Assembly (NCBI GenBank): GCA_046052125.1
Contig: JBJOMY010000001.1
Location: 384,001-448,000, forward strand
Source of the DNA: Cyanobacteriota bacterium
GTDB taxonomy: Bacteria; Cyanobacteriota; Cyanobacteriia; PCC-6307; Cyanobiaceae
Length of the DNA: 64,000 bases
Direction of reading: 5' to 3'
The notes under the pieces are model-generated. The model was not told the origin of the DNA. It searched no databases and saw nothing but the letters and a program-made list of their open reading frames with translations. Below, in pieces: positions 18,937 through 27,378 of this stretch. The stretch's first letter is position 1. Every line of letters begins with the position of its first letter. A program made the position numbers and the translations under genes.

Positions 18937-19884
18937 ATGACTCAAACCCCAGAGCGCCGTCGCAACGCCGAACCAGCGTGTGCCAAGGCGCTGTTGTTCG
19001 ACTACCGCCAAGCGGCTAACCCGGTGCGAGCCGGGCTCACCGAGCCAATCCCTTACCGCGCCTGGGGACCTGAGCTGCACAGCCAGGGCCCCAGCGGAAT
19101 CATTCCCCTTGATCTCAGCGTTGAGCTTGGGGTGGCTGGCCCAGCCACCAGCCCCGCGCTGGCGGCCCATTTCATCCGGATTGCTGCCGGAGAGGGTGTG
19201 CGTGCGGCCGCAACGGCCACTAGCTCTTTGTTCTTTGTGCTCTCCGGTGCAGGCAGCTGCCGCTACCGGGATCACGCCGACGACACCACGATCACCTGGC
19301 AGGAAGGGGATCTGTTCGTGCTGCCTGCCGGCGGCACCCCACTGCTCGAGGCGGAGTCCACCAGCGTTCTGTACTGGGTGCACGATGCCCCGCTGCTCAA
19401 CTATCTAGGCGTGACCCCCTCGGGCCCGCGCTTCGAGCCGACCCACTACAGCGCCAACTGGCTGCGCAGCGAACTGCAAACCCTGGCCGACCAACCCGGC
19501 AGCGAAGCCAGCAACCGCATCAGCCTGCTCCTGGCGAACCGGGATCTGCCCAGCACCCGCACCGTGACCCACGTGCTCTGGGCGATGTACGGCATTGTTC
19601 CGCCCGGCAGCACCCAGGCTCCCCACCGGCATCAATCGGTGGCACTCGACCTGATCATCGACTGCAAGCCCAGGGTCTACACCTTGGTGGGGACAGAGCT
19701 CGATGACGCGGGATTGATTCGCAACCCGAAACGGATCGACTGGCAGTCCGGTGGTGCCTTCATCACCCCCCCCGGCCACTGGCACTCCCATGTGAATGAG
19801 AGCGGGGAACCGGCCTGGCTACTCCCGATTCAGGATGCCGGCCTGCAGACCTACCTCCGCAGCCTCGACATCCGCTTCGCCTGA
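18937..19884 (+). CDS. Bicupin protein, gentisate 1,2-dioxygenase-like
   Basis: Two cupin repeats (WQEGDLFVLP; FITPPGHWHSHVN); PHRH...WH metal ligands only in the second; AGGAG RBS. Confidence 0.8.
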   Translation: MTQTPERRRNAEPACAKALLFDYRQAANPVRAGLTEPIPYRAWGPELHSQGPSGIIPLDLSVELGVAGPATSPALAAHFIRIAAGEGVRAAATATSSLFFVLSGAGSCRYRDHADDTTITWQEGDLFVLPAGGTPLLEAESTSVLYWVHDAPLLNYLGVTPSGPRFEPTHYSANWLRSELQTLADQPGSEASNRISLLLANRDLPSTRTVTHVLWAMYGIVPPGSTQAPHRHQSVALDLIIDCKPRVYTLVGTELDDAGLIRNPKRIDWQSGGAFITPPGHWHSHVNESGEPAWLLPIQDAGLQTYLRSLDIRFA

Positions 19885-19889
19885 GAGGC

Positions 19890-21695
19890 TCAGAGCGCCG
19901 CTGCCACGGCTGGCTGACGCTCTTCATGGGCCTCCACCAGCGCTGCAAACTCCGGGCCCTCGATCGTTTCACGCTGGATCAGCAACTCCACGAGCTGATC
20001 CATCAGGGCGCGGCGTGGTTGCAACAAGGCCACCGCTTCATCGAGTGAGCGGCGGGCCAGCTGCTGCACCTGGGCATCGATTCGATTGCCGGTCTCCTGG
20101 GAATAGTGAGGCTCCGAACGCAGCCAGTCGCGACCGAGAAACACCTCATGCCCCTCTCCCTCCAGTGAAACCGGGCCGAGGGATGAGAATCCGTAGCGGG
20201 TCACCATCTCGCGGCCGATCCGACTCACCATTTCCAGATCACCGGAAGCGCCCTGGGTGATCTCGCTGGGACCGAACACCACCAGCTCAGCAGCCCGACC
20301 GCCCATGGCGACCACCAGGCGTGCCTGCAGGTAGGCCTTGCTGATCAGGCCGGAGTCGAGCACATCTTCATCGGGCATGGTCCGCGCAAAGCCACCCACG
20401 CCACCAGCGCGCGGGAGCAGCGTCACCTTGTCGAGGCGATCGGCTGCGGGCAAAAGGGTGGTGATCAGGGCATGGCCGATCTCGTGATACGCGATCAGAC
20501 GTTTTTTGGCGCTGTCTTGCAGGGGGGCGGCCGTGAGGCCCATGGTGATGCGCTCAAGGGCATCACCGATGGCGGCATCGTCGATGCAGTCACGCTCCCG
20601 CCGGGCCGTGAGGATTGCCGCCTCGTTAAGGAGGTTGGAAAGGTCTGCGCCGGAGAAGCCCGGGGTGCGGCTGGCCCAGTCGGCCAGGGACACCTCTGGA
20701 TCGAGGGGGCGGCTGCGGGCGTGAACCGCCAGGATCGCTTCGCGGCCGCGGCGATCCGGCAGGTCGACGTGGATGCGACGGTCAAAACGACCGGGGCGCA
20801 TCAGGGCAGCGTCGAGCACATCAGGGCGGTTGGTGGCCGCCAGCAGGATCACGCCGGAGTTATCGGCAAAACCATCCATCTCCGTGAGCAGCTGGTTGAG
20901 GGTCTGCTCCCGTTCGTCGTTGCCACCGCCGATGCCAGCTCCCCGCTGGCGACCCACCGCGTCGATCTCATCAATGAACACGATGCAAGGAGCCTTCTCC
21001 TTGGCCTGGCGGAACAGATCGCGCACGCGGCTCGCGCCCACGCCCACAAACAGTTCGACAAATTCCGAGGCGGCCATCGAGAAAAACGGCACCCCGGCCT
21101 CTCCGGCAATCGCCTTGGCCAGCAGCGTTTTGCCCGTGCCAGGCGGACCCACCAGCAGGACGCCTTTGGGAATCTTGGCTCCCACGGCGGTGAAACGCTC
21201 CGGCTCCTTGAGAAAGGCCACCACTTCCTGGAGCTCTTCCTTGGCCTCCTGGATGCCGGCCACATCTTCAAAGCGCACCGGCACAGCGGCCTCCGCTTGC
21301 ACCATCCGAGCCTTGCTGCGGCCAAAGCCCATGGCGCGATTCGCCACCTGCGCGGAGCGGCGCAGCAACAGCGCCAAGCCTCCGAACAGCAGCAACAGCA
21401 GCAGTCCGTTGGAGACCAGGCTGGCGGTGGCCTGATCCTGGCGCTCATCGCGAACGGTGAGGGGAATGCGCGCTTGTTGGGCCGTGCGCAACAACACCTG
21501 GTCGTTGCTGAACACCGGAACGGTCACTTGCTTGCCGTCGGTGTAGGTGACCTTCACCTGACGTTGGCCAGGAGAGAGCAACAACTCCTTCACCGTGCCG
21601 CCGCGCATCTGTTGCAGCAGCTGGCTATAGCTGGGTTGAGGTGCGCGGGCCAGGCCGAGAACCACTGGCAGATCAGAAGATTTGCTGCTGCTCAC
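19890..21695 (-). CDS. ftsH: ATP-dependent zinc metalloprotease FtsH
   Basis: [43 protein letters not shown]. Confidence 0.97.
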   Translation of the reverse strand: MSSSKSSDLPVVLGLARAPQPSYSQLLQQMRGGTVKELLLSPGQRQVKVTYTDGKQVTVPVFSNDQVLLRTAQQARIPLTVRDERQDQATASLVSNGLLLLLLFGGLALLLRRSAQVANRAMGFGRSKARMVQAEAAVPVRFEDVAGIQEAKEELQEVVAFLKEPERFTAVGAKIPKGVLLVGPPGTGKTLLAKAIAGEAGVPFFSMAASEFVELFVGVGASRVRDLFRQAKEKAPCIVFIDEIDAVGRQRGAGIGGGNDEREQTLNQLLTEMDGFADNSGVILLAATNRPDVLDAALMRPGRFDRRIHVDLPDRRGREAILAVHARSRPLDPEVSLADWASRTPGFSGADLSNLLNEAAILTARRERDCIDDAAIGDALERITMGLTAAPLQDSAKKRLIAYHEIGHALITTLLPAADRLDKVTLLPRAGGVGGFARTMPDEDVLDSGLISKAYLQARLVVAMGGRAAELVVFGPSEITQGASGDLEMVSRIGREMVTRYGFSSLGPVSLEGEGHEVFLGRDWLRSEPHYSQETGNRIDAQVQQLARRSLDEAVALLQPRRALMDQLVELLIQRETIEGPEFAALVEAHEERQPAVAAAL

Positions 21696-21782
21696 GTGGG
21701 TGTCGAGCTTGCGTGGAGCTTAGCGATTTGACGAAAGGGAAGGCGGCAATAGAAACTCTTGGTTTGGCTGATATCAAGCGGG

Positions 21783-21959
21783 ATGGCTGTTCCCAAGAAG
21801 AAAACGTCCAAGGGCAAGCGCAACCAGCGCCATGCCACCTGGAAGGGCAAGGCTGCCATCGCTGCTGCGAAGGCCCTCTCGATCGGTAAGGCTGTGCTGA
21901 GCGGCCGCGCTCAGGGCTTCGTTTACCCCGTGGCTGAGGACGAGTCCGAACAGGGCTGA
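21783..21959 (+). CDS. rpmF: 50S ribosomal protein L32 (Cys-free form)
   Basis: [21 protein letters not shown] from ATG 21783. Confidence 0.96.
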   Translation: MAVPKKKTSKGKRNQRHATWKGKAAIAAAKALSIGKAVLSGRAQGFVYPVAEDESEQG

Positions 21960-22780
21960 TCCAGCCAGGCCAGGGCAGCCTCACCGCTGCCCTCCCACAC
22001 ACTGCGGCGCCGGCCGTCCAGCACTCTCACTTCGTTGGCATGAGCCAACACGGGTAGCTGATACAGGCTTGTCGGCAACGACTGAAGCGTCGCTTGCACG
22101 ATGCTCTCGAGTTGGCTGGCGGGCAACCACCCGCCCCCCTTCCGCCGCTGTTTGGCTTCAGCCTGCAGGCGCCAGCGGCGCGGCAGGCTCCAGCGCAGCG
22201 GCCAGAGCATCACCAGGCGATCCAGCTCAGCCCAGAGGGGCAGATACGCCTCGAGTGCCTGGTTGCAGCGCAGCATCCAGTCGAGTTCAGCGGTGCTGAA
22301 CCGCTTGAGCTGCTCAAGCCCTGCCACGGCATCAAGCTGGGGTCCGGACAGGGGCCGACAGCCCAACAGCCACCCCTCGAGAAGCAGAGCGTCAGCCTCC
22401 CCACGCCAATCCTGCACCCGATCACCCGCTCCCTGACGCAGGGTCTTGTCGAAACGGGGCAGCTGTAAATCAGCCCCGCCGGCCTCGCGCCAGGCGCGGA
22501 TCGCCTCCACCAGGGCCGCTGGATCATGGCTTCCGGGTGGCACGCGATTCACGCCATAGGGGTTCCCAGCCATGGCCTCCAGGCGTGCCTGCCAAGGCAG
22601 ATAGGCGTCATCGATGGACGCCACCGCCAGGCGGAGACCTTCCCTGGCGAAGCCGGCCTGCAGCTGCCTCGAGAGGGTGCTCTTACCGGCACCCACCGGA
22701 CCGTTGAGGCCGATCACAGGCCGGTAGCCGGCTCGCTGCTGATCGGCGCACCAACGCAGCAGCCTCTGCTCAACGCTCAT
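21923..22780 (-). CDS. Plant-type D-glycerate 3-kinase-like P-loop kinase
   Basis: [20 protein letters not shown]-x-[14 protein letters not shown]...[14 protein letters not shown] 22780 overlaps the upstream stop (ATGA). Confidence 0.8.
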   Translation of the reverse strand: MSVEQRLLRWCADQQRAGYRPVIGLNGPVGAGKSTLSRQLQAGFAREGLRLAVASIDDAYLPWQARLEAMAGNPYGVNRVPPGSHDPAALVEAIRAWREAGGADLQLPRFDKTLRQGAGDRVQDWRGEADALLLEGWLLGCRPLSGPQLDAVAGLEQLKRFSTAELDWMLRCNQALEAYLPLWAELDRLVMLWPLRWSLPRRWRLQAEAKQRRKGGGWLPASQLESIVQATLQSLPTSLYQLPVLAHANEVRVLDGRRRSVWEGSGEAALAWLDQPCSDSSSATG

Positions 22781-23121
22781 GAACCGAGCTTGAACGCTTC
22801 GAGCACCACGGCGTACACCAGGCCAAGCCTGAGGTTGTCGGCGATCACCCAGCCGAGGCCAGGACGATCCCCCACGAAGCGACTGCGCAGCCGCACCACC
22901 AACTCCAACAACACAACCAGAACCAGCACCACCACGGGCCGTTGCCCAATCCGCTCCAGCCAGAGGGCGGTGACGTTTTGACCGCCATAGAAGCCCAGAA
23001 GCAAGGCGAGCACCGCAAGGCTGCGGCGGCGCCAACTGCCCTGAAAGCCGCCGAACACAGCCATGCCGATGCGGCGCTGCAATCGATCGAAGCGCGTGCG
23101 CTGGAGCGGTAGGCGCGTCAT
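22777..23121 (-). CDS. DUF565/Ycf20-like membrane protein
   Basis: QRTRF start, LLLGFY-x-G, ends EAFKLGS; ATGA overlap with the cbbY stop. Confidence 0.88.
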   Translation of the reverse strand: MTRLPLQRTRFDRLQRRIGMAVFGGFQGSWRRRSLAVLALLLGFYGGQNVTALWLERIGQRPVVVLVLVVLLELVVRLRSRFVGDRPGLGWVIADNLRLGLVYAVVLEAFKLGS

Positions 23122-23885
23122 CGAGTCGGCAACAGCTGTTGCAGGTAGGAGAGCGTGACCCAGCCCTGCGGGCAAGCCGGTCCGCGACGGACCTGCAGCG
23201 GTTGATCCGGTTCACCCAGGTGATCGAGCTCTGCAGCGGCGGCGGCAAAGGCAGCGGGCAATTCAGCGGCACTGGCACCGCTGCGGGTCACGAGCACCGT
23301 GAGGCCCGCCGCAACGGCTGAGGCCACCCCATTGCCGGAATCCTCGAGGGCAATCACGCGCTCAGCGGGCAGGGCCAAGTGTTCAAGGGCCTGCTGGTAG
23401 GCGGCCGGGTCGGGTTTCTTGCGGGGCACATCCTCGCCGCAAACCCAGAGCTGAATGCAGCTTTGGTGATCGGGCAGGAGCTGATCGAGCAGCGCCTGCA
23501 CCGCCTGGCGGGAGCTGGTGGTGACGATCGCTTGGGGCACACCCTCCTGGGCCGCACTGCGCAGCAACCGCTGCACCCCGGGCCTGAGGGTCAGCGCTCC
23601 AGCAGCTACCAGGGCGTTGTAGGCGCGCTGTTTGGCCACCTGAAGCTGCTCCACCCGCGCAGGATCAGGCCGTTGACCCTCCACTGTTTCGAGATAGGCC
23701 GCGATGCGCTCGCGGCCACCACTGATGGCCAGCAGCCGCTGATAGGTGGGCACATCCCAGTGCCAGGGCAGATCAGCCTCCTCAAAGGCGTGGTTAAAGG
23801 CGATGCGGTGACCATCCAGCTCTGTTTCAGCCAGGGTGCCGTCCACATCCCAGAGCAGCGCGGCTGGCCCGACTGGCATCTGCAT
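23118..23885 (-). CDS. cbbY: CbbY-like HAD phosphatase
   Basis: WDVDGTLAETELDGHRIAFN, GGRERI, LRPGV, KKPDPAAY, LEDSGNG. Confidence 0.88.
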   Translation of the reverse strand: MQMPVGPAALLWDVDGTLAETELDGHRIAFNHAFEEADLPWHWDVPTYQRLLAISGGRERIAAYLETVEGQRPDPARVEQLQVAKQRAYNALVAAGALTLRPGVQRLLRSAAQEGVPQAIVTTSSRQAVQALLDQLLPDHQSCIQLWVCGEDVPRKKPDPAAYQQALEHLALPAERVIALEDSGNGVASAVAAGLTVLVTRSGASAAELPAAFAAAAAELDHLGEPDQPLQVRRGPACPQGWVTLSYLQQLLPTR

Positions 23886-23965
23886 CGCCTGTTTCGGCCT
23901 TGCACCCTACGGACTGGACGCCGTGCGAGCGCCCCTCAGAATGGATCTGTCGCAAGCACCTGGCG

Positions 23966-25870
23966 TTGCTCCCTCAGACCTCCGAGCAGCGCTGGCAACT
24001 GCCTGCACCGATCCAGATCGATCCCGACTTGCGCGGCAGCGGCTTAGCTGACCCGCTGCTGGCGGTGCTTCAACGGCGGGGCTACGGCACCACCGCAGCG
24101 ATCGAAGCCTTACTGGAGCCGCCTGAAGCGCCAGACCCGCGCCGCCATTTCCCCGACCTCGGCAAGGCCGTGCAGCGGCTCAAGCAGGCCTGCAAGCAAA
24201 ACGAACGCTTGGCCATCTGCGGGGATTACGACGCTGATGGCATGACCAGCACCGCCCTACTGGTGGGCGTGCTGCAACAGCTGGGGGCCAGACCTCAGGC
24301 GGCGATCCCCAGCCGACTCGACGACGGCTATGGCCTGAACAGCGGCATGGTGGAGCGCCTTGCGGCCGACGGCATCCGCCTGCTGGTGACGGTGGATAAC
24401 GGCGTTGCCGCCCGCGAAGCCCTGCTCAAGGCCCAGGAGCTGGAGGTGGATGTGGTGGTGACCGATCACCACACCCTTCCAGCAGAGCTTCCGCCACTCC
24501 TGGCGCTGCTGCATCCCGCCTGCACCCCCGAACACTCGCCCTATCGCGGCCTGGCGGGCGTGGGTCTGGCGTACGTGCTGGCCATGGCCCTGGCGCGCAA
24601 CTGCCGCTCCGAACAGGGCCTGGCCATGGCCCGCGATCTCTTCTGCATCGGCACCATTGCCGATATGGCCCCCCTGCAGGGGGTGAACCGCCGCTGGCTG
24701 ATCGATGGCCTGCCCGGCCTGAAGCGCAGTTCGCTGGCGGGGCTTCAGGCGCTGCAACAGGTGGCAGGGCTGGATGACGCCCCCGTGGATGCCGGTGCCG
24801 TTGGCTTCCAGATCGCCCCCCGCATCAATGCGGTTGGTCGCCTGGGTGATCCGCAGCTGGTGGTGGATCTACTCACCACCAACGACCGTGACCAGGCGCT
24901 GGAGCTGGCGCGCCAGTGCGAACAGCTCAACCGCCAGCGCCGCGATCTCTGCGACGCCATCGAGGCCGAAGCTCGGGCCCTGGTGGACGCCGATGGTGAG
25001 CAGCGCAGCCCCTTTCTGCTGCTGGCCCAGAGCCACTGGCACCACGGCGTGATCGGAATCGTGGCCGCACGGCTGGTGGACCATTTCGGCTTGCCGGTGG
25101 CCCTGCTGGCCTCCGAGGGGGATGGTCGGCTGCGCGCTTCCGTGCGAGCACCCAAGGGATTTGCCGTGGATGCAGCCCTGCAGAGCTGCAGCGAGCTGCT
25201 GGAGCGCCACGGCGGCCACCCGGCAGCTGGTGGATTCACGGTGCGCCCCGAGCAGCTCACCCAGCTGCACGAGCGGCTGAACGCGCGCGCTGAGGCCTGG
25301 CTCCAGCTGCAGGGCGGCCTACGGCTGGTGGAGCCGGAGGCGCTGGTGCGGCTTGAGGAGCTCACCCCAGCGTTCTGGAAACAGCTACAGCGGCTGGAGC
25401 CCTTTGGCGCGGGCCACCCGACGCCACTGTTCTGGAGCAGCCGCTGCCGCATCAGCCAGCAACGGCTGCTACGCGGCGGTCATCTGCAGCTCAACCTGCA
25501 GCAAGGGGATGCGCTGATGCGGGCAATCGCCTGGCGCTGGGGCGACAACGACAGCCTGCCGAAGGAGGTGGATGTGGCGTTCCAGTTGCGGCTCAACCGC
25601 TGGAACGGCAGCGAACAGCTGCAGCTGGAAGTGGCGGCGCTGCGGGCCAGCTCAGGCGACACCCTGCTCCTGGAACGCAGCAATCGCCGCTATTGGGTGA
25701 GCCGCGACGGCGAAGCACTGGTGATCCGCAATGCTGCTGGCGATGAATTGCGCGGCCTGCCCAATCCGAGCGAAGGGGGCGCCATGAGCAGCGATCACCC
25801 CAAGGGCGATCATCCCTATCTCCAGGCCCTGCTCCAGGACGCAGCCATGGCCATGGGGCTGGCGGCCTGA
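23966..25870 (+). CDS. recJ: ssDNA-specific exonuclease RecJ
   Basis: GDYDADG, TVDNG, TDHH, GTIADM, PRINAVGRL, GGHPAAGG, LEPFG. Start uncertain (TTG 23900 or 23966). Confidence 0.95.
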   Translation: MLPQTSEQRWQLPAPIQIDPDLRGSGLADPLLAVLQRRGYGTTAAIEALLEPPEAPDPRRHFPDLGKAVQRLKQACKQNERLAICGDYDADGMTSTALLVGVLQQLGARPQAAIPSRLDDGYGLNSGMVERLAADGIRLLVTVDNGVAAREALLKAQELEVDVVVTDHHTLPAELPPLLALLHPACTPEHSPYRGLAGVGLAYVLAMALARNCRSEQGLAMARDLFCIGTIADMAPLQGVNRRWLIDGLPGLKRSSLAGLQALQQVAGLDDAPVDAGAVGFQIAPRINAVGRLGDPQLVVDLLTTNDRDQALELARQCEQLNRQRRDLCDAIEAEARALVDADGEQRSPFLLLAQSHWHHGVIGIVAARLVDHFGLPVALLASEGDGRLRASVRAPKGFAVDAALQSCSELLERHGGHPAAGGFTVRPEQLTQLHERLNARAEAWLQLQGGLRLVEPEALVRLEELTPAFWKQLQRLEPFGAGHPTPLFWSSRCRISQQRLLRGGHLQLNLQQGDALMRAIAWRWGDNDSLPKEVDVAFQLRLNRWNGSEQLQLEVAALRASSGDTLLLERSNRRYWVSRDGEALVIRNAAGDELRGLPNPSEGGAMSSDHPKGDHPYLQALLQDAAMAMGLAA

Positions 25871-25874
25871 CCCG

Positions 25875-25913
25875 AACACAACAAATCCCAGGAGCTGTTC
25901 AAGCCCCTGGGAT
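25875..25913 (-). terminator. Probable terminator of psb30 (between convergent recJ and psb30)
   Basis: ATCCCAGG...CCTGGGAT inverted repeat (25885-25913) followed on the minus strand by TTGTTGTGTT. Confidence 0.6.
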
Positions 25914-25983
25914 GAAGTGGCGTTAGCTCATTGGCGCTAACCCTGAAACCCTGCTGGCGGTGAAACCGCTACAGGTGATCAAA

Positions 25984-26091
25984 TCAGAGGGCGCCGCGAC
26001 GGTAGAAGAGGATGAAGATCACGGCGGGGCCGGCGATCGTGATCAGAAACAGGGCCGCAAAGTTGGCGATCAGATGGAAATCGATTCCCAT
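25984..26091 (-). CDS. psb30: Photosystem II reaction centre protein Psb30 (Ycf12)
   Basis: Below the ORF-track cutoff. Translation [35 protein letters not shown] (35 aa) has the Psb30 signature I-x-IAGP-x-VI...RRG-x-L. Confidence 0.92.
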   Translation of the reverse strand: MGIDFHLIANFAALFLITIAGPAVIFILFYRRGAL

Positions 26092-26199
26092 GGGAGAGCG
26101 GCTCTGCAGCGGTATTTGTCGCTTACCAGCCTACGGTCCGCACTCCGGCGAGAGCAGCGGTCCTGCAAGCTGCTGTGACGGGTTGTCACAGCTTCAGGC

Positions 26200-26562
26200 A
26201 TGAGCGAACAACTGCACTGGCGCTGCATCAGCGGTTGTGGGTCGTGCTGCCGGCTGGACCCGGGCGAGCGCAACGAGGCCCTCGATGCCCTCAGCCCGGA
26301 GCAACAGCAGCAATATCTGGAAATGGTGGGGCCCGATGGCTGGTGCATCCATTACGACACCGGATCCAGCAGCTGCCGCATTTATGAGGAGCGGCCATTC
26401 TTTTGCCGCGTGGAGAACTTGGCGGGCTTGTTTGGCGTGGCGGCCGAGGAGGCCAACGACTTCGCCATCGCCTGCTGCCGCCAGCAGATCCGCTGCGAGC
26501 ACGGTGGTCGTGGCATGGTGATGAAACGCTTTGAGCAGGCGATCCGTCAGCCGGCTCCCTGA
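26200..26562 (+). CDS. YkgJ family cysteine-cluster protein
   Basis: CISGCGSCC, WCIHYD, CRIYEERPFFCR, ACC. Confidence 0.9.
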   Translation: MSEQLHWRCISGCGSCCRLDPGERNEALDALSPEQQQQYLEMVGPDGWCIHYDTGSSSCRIYEERPFFCRVENLAGLFGVAAEEANDFAIACCRQQIRCEHGGRGMVMKRFEQAIRQPAP

Positions 26563-26587
26563 CACCAGCGCCCCCACCGCAGAGCCG

Positions 26588-26929
26588 ATGGCCGATCCCA
26601 GCGTGAGTCTCCAGCCTGACGACAGCAAGGCGGGCAGTTTCGGGGCGGTGTTTCTCACCACCTTCACCACCGTGTTCCTGGCGGAACTCGGCGACAAAAC
26701 CCAATTGGCCGCCCTGCTGCTCTCCGCTGAATCGGGCCGGCCGGTGCTGGTGTTCGTGGGGGCATCCTTGGCGCTGATCAGCTCCAGCCTGGTGGGCGTC
26801 CTGCTGGGGCGCTGGCTCTCCAAGGTGTTGCCGCCCCAACAGCTCGAGCGTCTGGCGGGCATTTTGATGATCGGCCTAGGCCTCTGGCTCGGCCGTCAGG
26901 CGGCCATGAGCATGTTTCCCCTCGCTTGA
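26588..26929 (+). CDS. TMEM165/GDT1 (UPF0016) half-size Mn/Ca transporter 1
   Basis: Single FLAELGDKTQL motif, 3 TM segments. Confidence 0.92.
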   Translation: MADPSVSLQPDDSKAGSFGAVFLTTFTTVFLAELGDKTQLAALLLSAESGRPVLVFVGASLALISSSLVGVLLGRWLSKVLPPQQLERLAGILMIGLGLWLGRQAAMSMFPLA

Positions 26930-26934
26930 GTCCG

Positions 26935-27246
26935 ATGCAGCTCCCTCTGTTGGCCTCCACCTTCGTCACGGTGTTTCTGGCGGAGCTGGGTGACAAAACC
27001 CAGCTGGCGATTGTGACGATCAGCGGCACCTCCAACCGCAGCGGCGCGGTGTTTGCAGGCAGCTCGGCAGCGCTGGTGTTGGCGAGCCTGCTGGGAGCCG
27101 GGGCCGGAGGGTCGCTCTCCGCTGTGATCCCCGCCGATGCCCTCCAGCTCGCCGCTTCGGTGGGCTTCCTGGTGATCGGCACACGCCTGTTACTGAAGGC
27201 CGGCGGCGAAAGCGAACAGGTCTCCAGCGACACGAGCGAGCCGTGA
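26935..27246 (+). CDS. TMEM165/GDT1 (UPF0016) half-size Mn/Ca transporter 2
   Basis: Single FLAELGDKTQL motif, 3 TM segments. Confidence 0.92.
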   Translation: MQLPLLASTFVTVFLAELGDKTQLAIVTISGTSNRSGAVFAGSSAALVLASLLGAGAGGSLSAVIPADALQLAASVGFLVIGTRLLLKAGGESEQVSSDTSEP

Positions 27247-27378
27247 GCCGCGTGGGCCGCTTGAGCGATCGCTGTTTAGATTGAACTCGATAGTGCAGTT
27301 CCGGAGGCGTTGGCCGTCTCCAGAGCCAGGCACCCAGAACTTCGGGGCTCCCACCGCCACCGATGCCCCCTGAACATC

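Noticed and set aside
22781..23278. N-terminal extension of the 451-aa ORF in the track
   Set aside because: It overlaps the DUF565 and cbbY genes; kinase homology begins at ATG 22780, which has an ATGA coupling.
26174..26190. TGTGA...TCACA as a CRP site
   Set aside because: The spacer is 7 nt rather than the 6 nt CRP requires; kept only as an unassigned palindrome.
27265..27272. HIP1 octamer GCGATCGC (also scattered elsewhere)
   Set aside because: Occurrences are dispersed and mostly in coding sequence; enrichment cannot be established without a count against a Markov background.
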